Numbered from the stretch's first letter, positions 44,357 through 61,583 are shown. The stretch: DNA of 64,000 nucleotides from Escherichia coli (GCF_024298765.1 NZ_CP101210.1), one strand, 5' to 3'. Numbers and translations are program-made. The notes: generated by a model from the letters alone, not told the origin.

Positions 44357-44837
44357 TAAGCTTCCCTCAGTTGTTTGTTGTATAGTAATATTTTAATATC
44401 ATTGCAGTGTGTAATTATTGTCAATAAGCTAATTTCTGTTATTTGCATGATTAATTCAGTTTGCAATGCTTGATGTAAAAAGATAAAGTGCACCCGTTTA
44501 CACAATGTTTATTTTGGCATGTCAAGTATAAGTTCTAAATAATACGTTTGTAATGTTTAGCATGTAAACATAATAGTTAAATAATATTAAACATGCAACA
44601 TGCCATTTGTTATTCTAATAAAACATATGTGTTGTGTGAATTATTTAATGTGGAAAGTGGTTGCGTATTATAAATTGTTCATATTGACGTTTAAGTCTTT
44701 TATAACTCCATGCTTGCATGTTAAAAACATTTCGCTATATATTCGCTATATATTATGGTAGGTGGTTTTTATCTAGGCAGATTTGTCTATTTAACTCTAA
44801 ATCTAAATCGCTTAAGAAAGTATGAGTAGGAGTATTT

Positions 44838-45857
44838 ATGGCTATTCTCGTTACAGGTGGTGCTGGTTATATTGCATCACATACTATACTGAGTTTGATA
44901 GAGCAGGGTAATGAAGTAATTATTATTGATAATTTATCAAATTCATATTATGATTCGTTATTGAAAATAAAAGAGATTACTGGATGTGATTGTCTTTTTT
45001 ATAAAGGAGATATCCTTGACAAAAAACTCTTGCTAAAAATATTTGATGAAAATAATATCACTGCTGTGATGCATTTTGCTGGTGCAAAGTCTGTAAGTGA
45101 ATCTGTTATCAGACCTTTGCAATACTATCGAAATAATGTCTCTGGCACTTTTTCTTTAGTTGAGGCAATGGAGGAGTCTGGTGTAGAAAATTTAATATTT
45201 AGCTCTTCAGCAACTGTCTATGGTGAGCCAAAGATTATTCCTGTGAATGAAAGTTGTGCTATAGGTGGTACTACAAATCCGTATGGAACGTCCAAGTTAT
45301 TTGTAGAGAACTTTTTGCGGGATTATTCTAAGGCATCCCCTAATTTTAAAACTATAGTATTAAGATATTTTAACCCTATCGGTGCTCACTCATCTGGAAA
45401 AATAGGTGAAGATCCTAACGGAATTCCGAATAACTTGATGCCCTTTATATGCCAGGTTGCTATCGGTAAACAAAAAACGCTCAAGATCTACGGAAATGAT
45501 TATCCTACTAAAGATGGTACTGGGATTCGCGATTATATTCATGTTATGGATCTTGCTGAAGGTCATGTTGCTGCATTAAATAATATTAATCAAGGAGCTA
45601 ATTATAGAGTTTACAACCTTGGAACAGGAATTGGATACTCTGTGTTGGAATTATTAGAAGCATTTCAGAAAGTTACAACTCGGAGAGTTCCCTATGTTTT
45701 TACTAAAAGGCGTTCAGGTGATATCGCTGAATGTTGGTCTGATCCTACCAAAGCGTATGAAGAATTAGGATGGAAAGCAAGGCGAGGGTTAGAAGATATG
45801 ATTCGTGATGCATGGAATTGGCAGCAAAAAAATCCAAATGGATTTAAGAAAGTTTAA
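44838..45857 (+). CDS. UDP-hexose 4-epimerase (GalE/Gne family), last O-antigen gene
   Basis: 339 aa; TGGAGYIASHT, NPYGTSK, IYGNDYPTKDGTGIRDYIHV; paralogous to the 31238 gene. Confidence 0.85.
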   Translation: MAILVTGGAGYIASHTILSLIEQGNEVIIIDNLSNSYYDSLLKIKEITGCDCLFYKGDILDKKLLLKIFDENNITAVMHFAGAKSVSESVIRPLQYYRNNVSGTFSLVEAMEESGVENLIFSSSATVYGEPKIIPVNESCAIGGTTNPYGTSKLFVENFLRDYSKASPNFKTIVLRYFNPIGAHSSGKIGEDPNGIPNNLMPFICQVAIGKQKTLKIYGNDYPTKDGTGIRDYIHVMDLAEGHVAALNNINQGANYRVYNLGTGIGYSVLELLEAFQKVTTRRVPYVFTKRRSGDIAECWSDPTKAYEELGWKARRGLEDMIRDAWNWQQKNPNGFKKV

Positions 45858-45963
45858 TAAAAATGAAACGATATATTAAGTGTTAGCTTGTTTAATTAAT
45901 TTAAAGTTAATATTATTTACATTAATATGTAATGAAAGTGATATTCTATGACAGGAGTAAACA

Positions 45964-47370
45964 ATGTCAAAGCAACAGATCGGCGTAGTCGGTATGGCAG
46001 TGATGGGGCGCAACCTTGCGCTCAACATCGAAAGCCGTGGTTATACCGTCTCTATTTTCAACCGTTCCCGTGAAAAGACGGAAGAAGTGATTGCCGAAAA
46101 TCCAGGCAAGAAACTGGTTCCTTACTATACGGTGAAAGAGTTTGTTGAATCTCTGGAAACGCCTCGTCGCATCCTGTTAATGGTGAAAGCAGGTGCAGGC
46201 ACGGATGCTGCTATTGATTCCCTCAAGCCATACCTCGATAAAGGTGACATCATTATTGATGGTGGTAATACCTTCTTCCAGGATACCATTCGTCGTAACC
46301 GTGAGCTTTCTGCCGAAGGTTTTAACTTCATTGGTACCGGTGTCTCCGGTGGTGAAGAAGGCGCGCTGAAAGGTCCTTCCATCATGCCTGGTGGGCAGAA
46401 AGAAGCCTATGAACTGGTTGCACCGATCCTGACCAAAATCGCCGCCGTTGCTGAAGATGGCGAACCGTGCGTTACCTATATTGCTGCCGATGGCGCGGGT
46501 CACTATGTGAAGATGGTTCACAACGGTATTGAATACGGTGATATGCAACTGATTGCTGAAGCCTATTCTCTCCTGAAAGGCGGCCTGAATCTTTCTAACG
46601 AAGAACTGGCACAGACCTTTACCGAGTGGAATAACGGTGAACTGAGCAGCTACCTGATCGACATCACCAAAGACATCTTCACTAAAAAAGATGAAGACGG
46701 TAACTACCTGGTTGATGTGATCCTGGATGAAGCGGCTAACAAAGGTACCGGTAAATGGACCAGCCAGAGCGCGCTGGATCTCGGAGAACCGCTGTCGCTG
46801 ATTACCGAGTCTGTGTTTGCACGTTATATCTCTTCTCTGAAAGATCAGCGTGTTGCAGCGTCTAAAGTTCTCTCTGGTCCGCAAGCGCAGCCTGCTGGCG
46901 ACAAGGCTGAGTTCATCGAAAAAGTTCGTCGTGCTCTGTATCTGGGCAAAATCGTTTCTTACGCCCAAGGCTTCTCTCAGCTGCGTGCTGCGTCTGAAGA
47001 GTACAACTGGGATCTGAACTACGGCGAAATCGCGAAGATTTTCCGTGCTGGCTGCATCATCCGTGCGCAGTTCCTGCAGAAAATCACCGATGCTTATGCC
47101 GAAAATCCGCAGATCGCTAACCTGCTGCTGGCTCCGTACTTCAAGCAAATTGCCGATGACTACCAGCAGGCGCTGCGTGATGTCGTTGCTTATGCAGTAC
47201 AGAACGGTATCCCGGTTCCGACCTTCGCGGCTGCGGTTGCCTATTATGACAGCTACCGCGCCGCAGTTCTGCCTGCAAACCTGATCCAGGCACAGCGTGA
47301 CTATTTCGGTGCGCATACTTATAAGCGCATTGATAAAGAAGGTGTGTTCCATACTGAATGGCTGGATTAA
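45964..47370 (+). CDS. gnd: 6-phosphogluconate dehydrogenase, decarboxylating
   Basis: 468 aa; N-terminal [19 protein letters not shown]-binding motif. Confidence 0.97.
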   Translation: MSKQQIGVVGMAVMGRNLALNIESRGYTVSIFNRSREKTEEVIAENPGKKLVPYYTVKEFVESLETPRRILLMVKAGAGTDAAIDSLKPYLDKGDIIIDGGNTFFQDTIRRNRELSAEGFNFIGTGVSGGEEGALKGPSIMPGGQKEAYELVAPILTKIAAVAEDGEPCVTYIAADGAGHYVKMVHNGIEYGDMQLIAEAYSLLKGGLNLSNEELAQTFTEWNNGELSSYLIDITKDIFTKKDEDGNYLVDVILDEAANKGTGKWTSQSALDLGEPLSLITESVFARYISSLKDQRVAASKVLSGPQAQPAGDKAEFIEKVRRALYLGKIVSYAQGFSQLRAASEEYNWDLNYGEIAKIFRAGCIIRAQFLQKITDAYAENPQIANLLLAPYFKQIADDYQQALRDVVAYAVQNGIPVPTFAAAVAYYDSYRAAVLPANLIQAQRDYFGAHTYKRIDKEGVFHTEWLD

Positions 47371-47395
47371 TCTGATTTAACCAACAATAAAATTG

Positions 47396-47429
47396 AGGCC
47401 CGGCGTATATTGCACCGGGCTTTTTTTTG
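47396..47429 (+). terminator. Rho-independent terminator after gnd
   Basis: GC hairpin GCCCGG...CCGGGC followed by a T8 run. Confidence 0.8.
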
Positions 47430-47609
47430 CCAAATATCTTATAGACTAAATTTCACTGCTTAATATTAACTTAATAAATATCAGCTATTCTTATAAAGAA
47501 AATCTGAATTGTTTTTCGTTGCGTTGACCATCTGACAACGTAGCGTTAAAACTTTTAACTCTTATCAGGATGCTAAAAACATCATGATTCACAGTTAAGT
47601 TAATTCTGA

Positions 47610-48785
<1,176 letters not shown>

Positions 48786-48927
48786 CATCCTGTTATCAGG
48801 GCGATTTTCGCCCTGATTGTCTTTTGTTACCTCCGCAATAATTCATTATTTTTATCACTTATCCTATAGCATTCACTAGGATTATCGCTAAACTATGCGG
48901 ACTTGGAAATTTCCGTCAGTTAGGGTA

Positions 48928-49908
48928 ATGATGAGAGTAGAAAATAATAATGTTTCTGGGCAAAACCATGACCCGGAACAGATTGATTTGATTGATTTAC
49001 TAGTGCAGTTGTGGCGTGGCAAGATGACAATCATCATTTCCGTCATTGTGGCTATTGCCCTGGCTATTGGATATTTGGCAGTAGCGAAGGAGAAATGGAC
49101 GTCAACAGCAATTATCACTCAGCCCGACGTGGGGCAAATTGCTGGCTATAACAATGCCATGAATGTTATCTATGGTCAGGCTGCACCGAAAGTATCGGAT
49201 TTACAGGAGACGTTAATTGGTCGCTTCAGTTCTGCATTCTCTGCATTAGCAGAAACGCTGGATAATCAGGAAGAACCAGAAAAACTTACCATCGAACCTT
49301 CTGTTAAGAACCAGCAATTACCATTGACAGTTTCTTATGTTGGGCAAACTGCAGAGGGAACACAAATGAAGTTGGCCCAATACATTCAGCAAGTTGATGA
49401 TAAAGTGAATCAAGAGCTAGAAAAGGATCTCAAGGACAACATTGCTCTGGGACGGAAAAACTTGCAGGACTCTTTAAGAACTCAGGAAGTAGTCGCGCAA
49501 GAGCAGAAAGATCTGCGTATCCTTCAGATTCAGGAAGCGTTGCAGTATGCGAATCAGGCGCAGGTGACAAAGCCACAGGTTCAGCAGACTGAAGATGTGA
49601 CACAAGATACGTTGTTCCTTTTGGGGAGCGAAGCGCTGGAGTCGATGATTAAGCATGAGGCGACCCGTCCGTTGGTGTTCTCACCAAACTACTATCAGAC
49701 TCGTCAAAACCTGCTGGATATCGAAAGCTTAAAAGTTGATGATCTTGATATTCATGCTTACCGTTATGTAATGAAACCGACGTTACCTATTCGTCGCGAT
49801 AGTCCGAAAAAGGCAATCACCTTGATTCTGGCGGTGCTACTGGGCGGCATGGTTGGCGCGGGGATTGTGCTGGGGCGTAATGCTCTGCGTAATTACAACG
49901 CGAAATAA
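48928..49908 (+). CDS. wzzB: O-antigen chain-length regulator (polysaccharide co-polymerase)
   Basis: About 326 aa from MMRVENNN (start ambiguous among 48895, 48928, 48931); TM near both termini. Confidence 0.9.
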   Translation: MMRVENNNVSGQNHDPEQIDLIDLLVQLWRGKMTIIISVIVAIALAIGYLAVAKEKWTSTAIITQPDVGQIAGYNNAMNVIYGQAAPKVSDLQETLIGRFSSAFSALAETLDNQEEPEKLTIEPSVKNQQLPLTVSYVGQTAEGTQMKLAQYIQQVDDKVNQELEKDLKDNIALGRKNLQDSLRTQEVVAQEQKDLRILQIQEALQYANQAQVTKPQVQQTEDVTQDTLFLLGSEALESMIKHEATRPLVFSPNYYQTRQNLLDIESLKVDDLDIHAYRYVMKPTLPIRRDSPKKAITLILAVLLGGMVGAGIVLGRNALRNYNAK

Positions 49909-49927
49909 TCTTTGCAGTTTTAAAGAA

Positions 49928-49998
49928 AACGGGCAGAGTGGTGACACCTTGCCCGTTTTTTTTTGCCGGATGCGACTACAACATCGCATCCGGTCAGT
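49928..49998. terminator. Convergent terminator region between wzzB (+) and hisI (-)
   Basis: Hairpin AACGGGCAG...TTGCCCGTT then T9 on plus strand; second hairpin CCGGATGCGA...TCGCATCCGG adjacent, serving the minus strand. Confidence 0.75.
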
Positions 49999-50005
49999 CC
50001 GCAAC

Positions 50006-50610
50006 TCACTGATGCCGTTTACGCAGGTTCTCAATCACCGTTGTTAAATCCAGATCCTGATCCTGCAACAATACCAGCAGGTGATACATCAAATCAGATG
50101 CCTCGTTAGTTAGTTCAAAGCGGTCATGTACCGTTGCTGCCAGTGCGGTTTCCACCCCTTCTTCGCCCACTTTCTGCGCAATGCGTTTGGTGCCGCTGGC
50201 ATACAGTTTGGCGGTATAGGAAGTTTCCGGGTCGGCAGATTTGCGTGCGGCGAGCAGTTGTTCCAGTTGATACAGGAACAGCCATTGGTGAGCGGTGTCG
50301 CCGAAGCAGCCGCTGGTGCCTTTGTGGCAGGTTGGTCCGATAGGATTCGCCAGTACCAGTAGCGTGTCGTTGTCGCAATCCGGGACAATACTCACTACGT
50401 TGAGGAAATTGCCCGACATTTCGCCTTTGGTCCACAGCCGTTGTTTAGTGCGCGAGAAGAAGGTGACTTTGCCGCTTTCGATGGTTTTGTCTAAAGCTTC
50501 CGGGTTCATATAGCCCAGCATTAGCACTTCGCCGGATACCGCGTGTTGTACAATCACCGGCATAAGTCCGTCGGTTTTTTCCCAGTCCAGTTCGCGACGT
50601 TGTTGTTCTG

Positions 50611-50617
<7 letters not shown>
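50006..50617 (-). CDS. hisI: Bifunctional phosphoribosyl-AMP cyclohydrolase / phosphoribosyl-ATP pyrophosphatase
   Basis: 203 aa; last gene of his operon. Confidence 0.95.
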
Positions 50618-56134
<5,517 letters not shown>

Positions 56135-56139
56135 GGCGA

Positions 56140-57039
56140 TCACTCCATCATCTTCTCAATCGGCAGGACCAGGATTGAACTGGCACCCAGCGCTTTCAGT
56201 TTTTCCATCGTTTCCCAGAACAGGGTTTCGCTACTGACCATGTGCATCGCTACACGCTGTTGGTCACCCGCCAGCGGCAGAATGGTTGGGCGTTCGGCAC
56301 CTGGCAGCAGGGCGATGACTTCATCCAGACGTTCGGTCGGTGCGTGCATCATGATGTATTTTGATTCGCGCGCCTGGATCACACCCTGAATACGGGTCAG
56401 CAGTTTGTCGATCAGTTGCTGTTTGGATTCTTCCATTTCGCCATCGCGCTGGATCAGGCAGGCTTTCGAGCGGTAGATAACTTCGACTTCGCGCAGGCCG
56501 TTTGCTTCCAGCGTGGCACCGGTGGAAACCAGATCGCAAATCGCATCCGCCAGTCCGGCACGCGGGGCGACTTCAACAGAACCGTTCAGTAAGCAGGATT
56601 TAAAAGAGATGCCTTTCTGGTCGAGATAACGCTTGAGCAGGTGAGGATAAGAGGTGGCGATACGTTTACCGTTTAAGGAGAGCGGGCCATCCCAGGCTTC
56701 ATCAACCGGCGTTGCCAGCGAAAGACGGCAGCCGCCGAAATCCAGACGACGCAGGGTAAAGTAGCGTGGATCTTCACCCTGGGCGCGGCGGTTAAGCAGC
56801 TCTTCTTCCAGCACGTTTTCGCCGATAATCCCGAGGTCAACCACGCCGTCCATTACCAGACCGGGAATGTCGTCGTCACGCACGCGCAGAATATCAATCG
56901 GCATGTTTTCTGCCATCGCGATCAGGCGCTGGGTGTGAAGATTGATTTTAATGCCACAGCGCGCCAGCAATTCACGTGAGTCATCACTTAAACGGCCGGA
57001 TTTCTGCATAGCTATGCGTAAACGAGTGTTGTCTGTCAT
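56140..57039 (-). CDS. hisG: ATP phosphoribosyltransferase
   Basis: Start taken at [15 protein letters not shown] (299 aa) within the 312-aa track ORF. Confidence 0.95.
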
Positions 57040-57084
57040 TTTCTTATTCCTCTTTAAACCTGTCTGAACCGTTATCAACCGCGC

Positions 57085-57120
57085 AATAAAAAAGCCCCCG
57101 GAAGGTGATCTTCCGGGGGC
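57085..57120 (-). terminator. his attenuator terminator hairpin
   Basis: GCCCCCGGAAG...CTTCCGGGGGC stem followed on the minus strand by a T-run; lies between hisL and hisG. Confidence 0.85.
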
Positions 57121-57184
57121 TTTCTCATGCGTTCATGTACCACTGGAAGATCTGAATGTCTTCCAGCACACATCGCCTGAAAGA

Positions 57185-57235
57185 CTAGTCAGGATGATGG
57201 TGATGATGGTGGTGTTTAAATTGAACGCGTGTCAT
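57185..57235 (-). CDS. hisL: his operon leader peptide (7 consecutive His codons)
   Basis: Minus-strand ORF ATG ACA CGC GTT CAA TTT AAA CAC CAC CAT CAT CAC CAT CAT CCT GAC TAG = MTRVQFKHHHHHHHPD. Confidence 0.95.
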   Translation of the reverse strand: MTRVQFKHHHHHHHPD

Positions 57236-57484
57236 AAAAGTCTCTGTGAATTTTTATTCAACTGATGTCTTTTAACCTAAACCACTTTCACGTTAGAAAG
57301 CAAGGGCTTTTTTATATATTTTATGGCAATGGATTTGTTTAATGAATGAGCGGGGAAAGGAGGGGGCTAAGAGGACTGTCCTCTAAGCTGACGGCACCAA
57401 AAATAGCGAAGCCTGGATTTTCGTCTCACTGACAATACCTTGATCTACAAACTAATTAATAAATAGTTAATTAACGCCCATCAT

Positions 57485-57502
57485 TGTACAATGAACTGTA
57501 CA
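57485..57502 (+). promoter_or_regulatory. yefM-yoeB operator: two TGTACA core motifs with 12-bp centre spacing
   Basis: cattgTACAatgaacTGTACAaaag immediately upstream of the yefM RBS; matches the recalled YefM/YoeB autoregulatory site architecture. Confidence 0.7.
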
Positions 57503-57517
57503 AAAGAGGAGATTGAC

Positions 57518-57769
57518 ATGCGTACAATTAGCTACAGCGAAGCGCGTCAGAATTTGTCGGCAACAATGATGAAAGCCGTTGAAGATCATGCCCCGATCCT
57601 TATTACTCGTCAGAATGGAGAGGCTTGTGTTCTGATGTCACTCGAAGAATACAACTCGCTGGAAGAGACGGCTTATCTACTGCGCTCCCCCGCTAACGCC
57701 CGGAGATTGATGGACTCAATCGATAGCCTGAAATCAGGCAAAGGAACAGAAAAGGACATTATTGAGTGA
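57518..57769 (+). CDS. yefM: Antitoxin YefM (Phd/YefM family)
   Basis: 83 aa from [13 protein letters not shown]; the track ORF begins 27 bp upstream. Confidence 0.95.
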
Positions 57770-58020
57770 AACTAATCTGGTCTGAGGAATCATGGGATGA
57801 TTATCTGTACTGGCAGGAAACAGATAAGCGAATTGTTAAAAAGATCAATGAACTTATCAAAGATACCCGCAGAACGCCATTTGAATGTAAGGGGAAGCCA
57901 GAACCCCTGAAACATAATTTGTCAGGTTTCTGGTCCCGACGCATTACAGAGGAGCACCGTCTGGTATACGCGGTTACCGACGATTCACTGCTCATTGCAG
58001 CATGTCGTTATCATTATTGA
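57766..58020 (+). CDS. yoeB: Toxin YoeB (ribosome-dependent mRNA interferase, RelE/ParE superfamily)
   Basis: 84 aa; 4-bp overlap with yefM. Confidence 0.95.
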
Positions 58021-58102
58021 ACAGATTCATTCATAGAATGAATTGTCAGTTTTGATACGCTAGCGTAGCCTTATAGATCTAAGGTGTATCAGGAGATAAC
58101 GG

Positions 58103-58927
58103 ATGAAAAAGGTCGCAATTGTCGGGTTAGGGTGGTTAGGCATGCCGCTGGCGATGTCACTTTCAGCGCGAGGCTGGCAAGTCACCGGGAGTAAAACCAC
58201 ACAAGATGGTGTCGAAGCGGCCCGAATGAGTGGCATTGATAGCTATCTGCTTCGCATGGAGCCTGAGTTAGTTTGCGATTCTGACGATCTGGATGCCCTG
58301 ATGGATGTCGATGCGCTGGTCATTACGCTTCCGGCACGTCGTAGCGGCCCCGGCGATGAGTTCTATTTACAAGCGGTACAAGAGTTAGTGGATAGCGCGC
58401 TGGCCCATCGTATTCCCCGCATTATTTTTACCAGCTCAACATCTGTCTATGGCGACGCGCAAGGCACGGTGAAAGAAACTACCCCGCGTAATCCGGTAAC
58501 CAACAGTGGACGAGTATTAGAAGAACTCGAAGACTGGCTGCACAATTTACCCGGTACTTCGGTCGATATTCTGCGTCTTGCGGGGCTGGTCGGACCGGGA
58601 CGTCATCCCGGACGCTTCTTTGCCGGAAAAACCGCGCCTGATGGTGAACATGGTGTTAATTTAGTCCATTTAGAAGATGTTATTGGCGCTATCACTCTGT
58701 TGTTACAGGCACCTAAAGGCGGACACATCTATAATATATGTGCGCCAGCTCACCCTGCGCGTAATGTTTTCTATCCGCAGATGGCCCGTTTACTGGGGCT
58801 GGAGCCTCCGCAGTTCAGAAATAGTCTGGACAGCGGCAAAGGTAAGATTATTGATGGCAGTCGGATTTGTAATGAACTGGGATTTGAATACCAGTATCCC
58901 GATCCGCTGGTAATGCCGCTGGAGTAA
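58103..58927 (+). CDS. yeeZ: NAD(P)-binding Rossmann-fold protein (epimerase/dehydratase-like)
   Basis: 274 aa; N-terminal VAIVGLGWLG. Confidence 0.85.
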   Translation: MKKVAIVGLGWLGMPLAMSLSARGWQVTGSKTTQDGVEAARMSGIDSYLLRMEPELVCDSDDLDALMDVDALVITLPARRSGPGDEFYLQAVQELVDSALAHRIPRIIFTSSTSVYGDAQGTVKETTPRNPVTNSGRVLEELEDWLHNLPGTSVDILRLAGLVGPGRHPGRFFAGKTAPDGEHGVNLVHLEDVIGAITLLLQAPKGGHIYNICAPAHPARNVFYPQMARLLGLEPPQFRNSLDSGKGKIIDGSRICNELGFEYQYPDPLVMPLE

Positions 58928-58972
58928 ACGATCACGCCAGCAGGACGCCGCATGCACTGCAAGGGGGCGTGT

Positions 58973-59902
58973 ATGAAACCACTGCTGGATGTGTTGATGA
59001 TCCTCGATGCCTTAGAAAAAGAAGGCAGTTTTGCGGCGGCGTCGGCCAAACTCTATAAGACGCCGTCCGCTCTGAGTTACACCGTTCACAAGCTGGAAAG
59101 CGACCTTAATATTCAATTGCTTGATCGTAGCGGTCACCGCGCTAAATTCACCCGTACCGGAAAAATGTTATTAGAGAAAGGGCGGGAAGTTCTGCATACC
59201 GTGCGAGAACTGGAAAAGCAGGCGATCAAACTGCATGAAGGCTGGGAAAACGAGCTGGTGATTGGCGTGGACGACACGTTTCCTTTTTCTCTGCTTGCGC
59301 CACTGATTGAAGCTTTTTATCAACATCATAGCGTGACGCGCCTGAAGTTTATCAATGGCGTACTCGGTGGTTCCTGGGATGCCCTGACTCAGGGGCGAGC
59401 GGATATTATTGTTGGCGCGATGCATGAGCCACCATCTTCCAGTGAGTTTGGTTTTTCACGGTTGGGCGATCTGGAACAAGTCTTTGCGGTCGCGCCTCAT
59501 CATCCGTTAGCCCTGGAAGAAGAGCCGTTAAACCGTCGTATTATTAAGCGATATCGGGCGATTGTGGTGGGGGATACTGCGCAGGCAGGCGCTTCTACGG
59601 CCTCACAACTTCTCGACGAACAAGAAGCCATTACCGTTTTCGATTTTAAAACCAAGCTGGAGCTGCAAATTAGCGGCCTCGGCTGCGGCTATTTACCCCG
59701 TTATCTGGCACAACGTTTTCTCGATAGTGGCGCGTTAATCGAGAAGAAAGTGGTCGCCCAAACTCTCTTTGAACCCGTCTGGATTGGCTGGAACGAACAG
59801 ACCGCAGGGCTTGCCAGCGGCTGGTGGCGGGATGAAATTTTAGCAAATAGTGCGATCGCCGGTGTTTATGCAAAATCTGATGACGGAAAATCAGCCATTT
59901 AA
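58973..59902 (+). CDS. yeeY: LysR-family transcriptional regulator
   Basis: Start taken at MKPLLDVL (309 aa); HTH N-terminus plus LysR substrate-binding domain. Confidence 0.85.
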   Translation: MKPLLDVLMILDALEKEGSFAAASAKLYKTPSALSYTVHKLESDLNIQLLDRSGHRAKFTRTGKMLLEKGREVLHTVRELEKQAIKLHEGWENELVIGVDDTFPFSLLAPLIEAFYQHHSVTRLKFINGVLGGSWDALTQGRADIIVGAMHEPPSSSEFGFSRLGDLEQVFAVAPHHPLALEEEPLNRRIIKRYRAIVVGDTAQAGASTASQLLDEQEAITVFDFKTKLELQISGLGCGYLPRYLAQRFLDSGALIEKKVVAQTLFEPVWIGWNEQTAGLASGWWRDEILANSAIAGVYAKSDDGKSAI

Positions 59903-59987
59903 AGAAAAATTATTATGACAAGCCTCTCATTCTCTTGTCATTTCCCCCCCATTTAGGCACAATGCGCCGCTGTCAAAAAATGACTAA

Positions 59988-60020
59988 AAACCGACGTTTC
60001 ATCAGCGTCGGTTATTTTTT
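59988..60020 (+). terminator. Rho-independent terminator after yeeY
   Basis: AACCGACG...CGTCGGTT hairpin followed by ATTTTTT. Confidence 0.7.
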
Positions 60021-60168
60021 GCTTCAAACCAATCATTCATACCAAGAGGCCGGGCTTCGTACCGGATAGATATTTACTAAAAATCGACAGTTGTTGTCGC
60101 TGAGGAATCCAAAAAAATGGGGCAATTTTTTGCTTACGCGACGGTTATCACCGTAAAGGAGAATGACC

Positions 60169-61527
60169 ATGTCGCATAACGTTACTCCAAACACCTCTCG
60201 CGTGGAATTGCGTAAAACGCTTACGTTAGTTCCGGTTGTAATGATGGGTCTTGCCTATATGCAGCCGATGACGCTGTTTGATACTTTTGGTATCGTTTCA
60301 GGCCTCACGGATGGTCATGTGCCGACAGCCTATGCGTTCGCATTGATTGCGATCCTGTTTACGGCTCTGAGCTACGGGAAACTGGTTCGCCGCTATCCTT
60401 CTGCTGGCTCTGCATACACTTACGCCCAGAAATCCATTAGCCCGACTGTCGGCTTTATGGTGGGTTGGTCTTCTCTGCTCGACTATCTGTTCGCGCCGAT
60501 GATCAACATTCTGCTGGCGAAAATCTATTTTGAAGCTCTGGTGCCTTCCATCCCATCGTGGATGTTTGTGGTGGCGCTGGTGGCCTTTATGACCGCCTTT
60601 AACCTGCGTAGTCTGAAATCCGTAGCGAACTTCAACACTGTAATCGTCGTGTTGCAGGTAGTGCTGATCGCGGTGATTCTGGGCATGGTTGTTTATGGCG
60701 TATTTGAAGGTGAAGGCGCTGGTACGCTGGCGAGCACTCGTCCGTTCTGGTCTGGCGATGCGCATGTTATCCCGATGATTACCGGGGCGACAATCCTGTG
60801 CTTCTCCTTTACCGGCTTTGACGGCATCAGCAACCTGTCGGAAGAAACCAAAGATGCAGAGCGCGTGATCCCGCGTGCGATTTTCCTGACCGCGCTGATT
60901 GGCGGCATGATCTTCATCTTTGCAACTTACTTCCTGCAGCTGTACTTCCCGGATATCTCTCGCTTTAAAGATCCGGATGCGTCACAGCCTGAAATCATGC
61001 TGTATGTTGCAGGTAAAGCATTCCAGGTTGGTGCGCTGATCTTCTCCACCATTACCGTACTGGCGTCTGGTATGGCGGCGCACGCAGGCGTTGCGCGACT
61101 GATGTACGTAATGGGTCGTGACGGCGTATTCCCGAAAAGCTTCTTCGGTTATGTTCACCCGAAATGGCGTACTCCGGCAATGAACATCATCCTGGTTGGC
61201 GCGATTGCCCTGCTGGCAATCAACTTCGACCTGGTAATGGCTACGGCGCTGATCAACTTTGGTGCGTTGGTGGCGTTCACCTTCGTTAACCTGTCGGTCA
61301 TCTCGCAGTTCTGGATCCGTGAGAAGCGTAACAAGACGCTGAAAGATCACTTCCAGTATCTGTTCCTGCCGATGTGTGGTGCGCTGACCGTTGGTGCGCT
61401 GTGGGTTAACCTGGAAGAAAGCTCAATGGTTCTGGGTCTGATCTGGGCTGCTATCGGTCTGATTTACCTGGCTTGCGTCACCAAGAGCTTCCGTAACCCG
61501 GTTCCGCAGTACGAAGACGTAGCATAA
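60169..61527 (+). CDS. plaP: Putrescine importer (APC-family amino acid/polyamine permease)
   Basis: Start taken at [10 protein letters not shown] (452 aa); 12-TM APC transporter. Confidence 0.9.
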   Translation: MSHNVTPNTSRVELRKTLTLVPVVMMGLAYMQPMTLFDTFGIVSGLTDGHVPTAYAFALIAILFTALSYGKLVRRYPSAGSAYTYAQKSISPTVGFMVGWSSLLDYLFAPMINILLAKIYFEALVPSIPSWMFVVALVAFMTAFNLRSLKSVANFNTVIVVLQVVLIAVILGMVVYGVFEGEGAGTLASTRPFWSGDAHVIPMITGATILCFSFTGFDGISNLSEETKDAERVIPRAIFLTALIGGMIFIFATYFLQLYFPDISRFKDPDASQPEIMLYVAGKAFQVGALIFSTITVLASGMAAHAGVARLMYVMGRDGVFPKSFFGYVHPKWRTPAMNIILVGAIALLAINFDLVMATALINFGALVAFTFVNLSVISQFWIREKRNKTLKDHFQYLFLPMCGALTVGALWVNLEESSMVLGLIWAAIGLIYLACVTKSFRNPVPQYEDVA

Positions 61528-61545
61528 TCATCTTTTCTAATAATC

Positions 61546-61583
61546 AACCGGAGTCGAATGAATATTTGGCTCCGGTTTTTTTA
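61546..61583 (+). terminator. Rho-independent terminator after plaP
   Basis: AACCGGAGTCGAATGAATATTTGGCTCCGGTT hairpin followed by a T-run. Confidence 0.75.

Noticed and set aside
46177-47352. 391-aa minus-strand ORF inside gnd
   Set aside because: Antisense to gnd; typical shadow frame in a high-GC, highly expressed gene.
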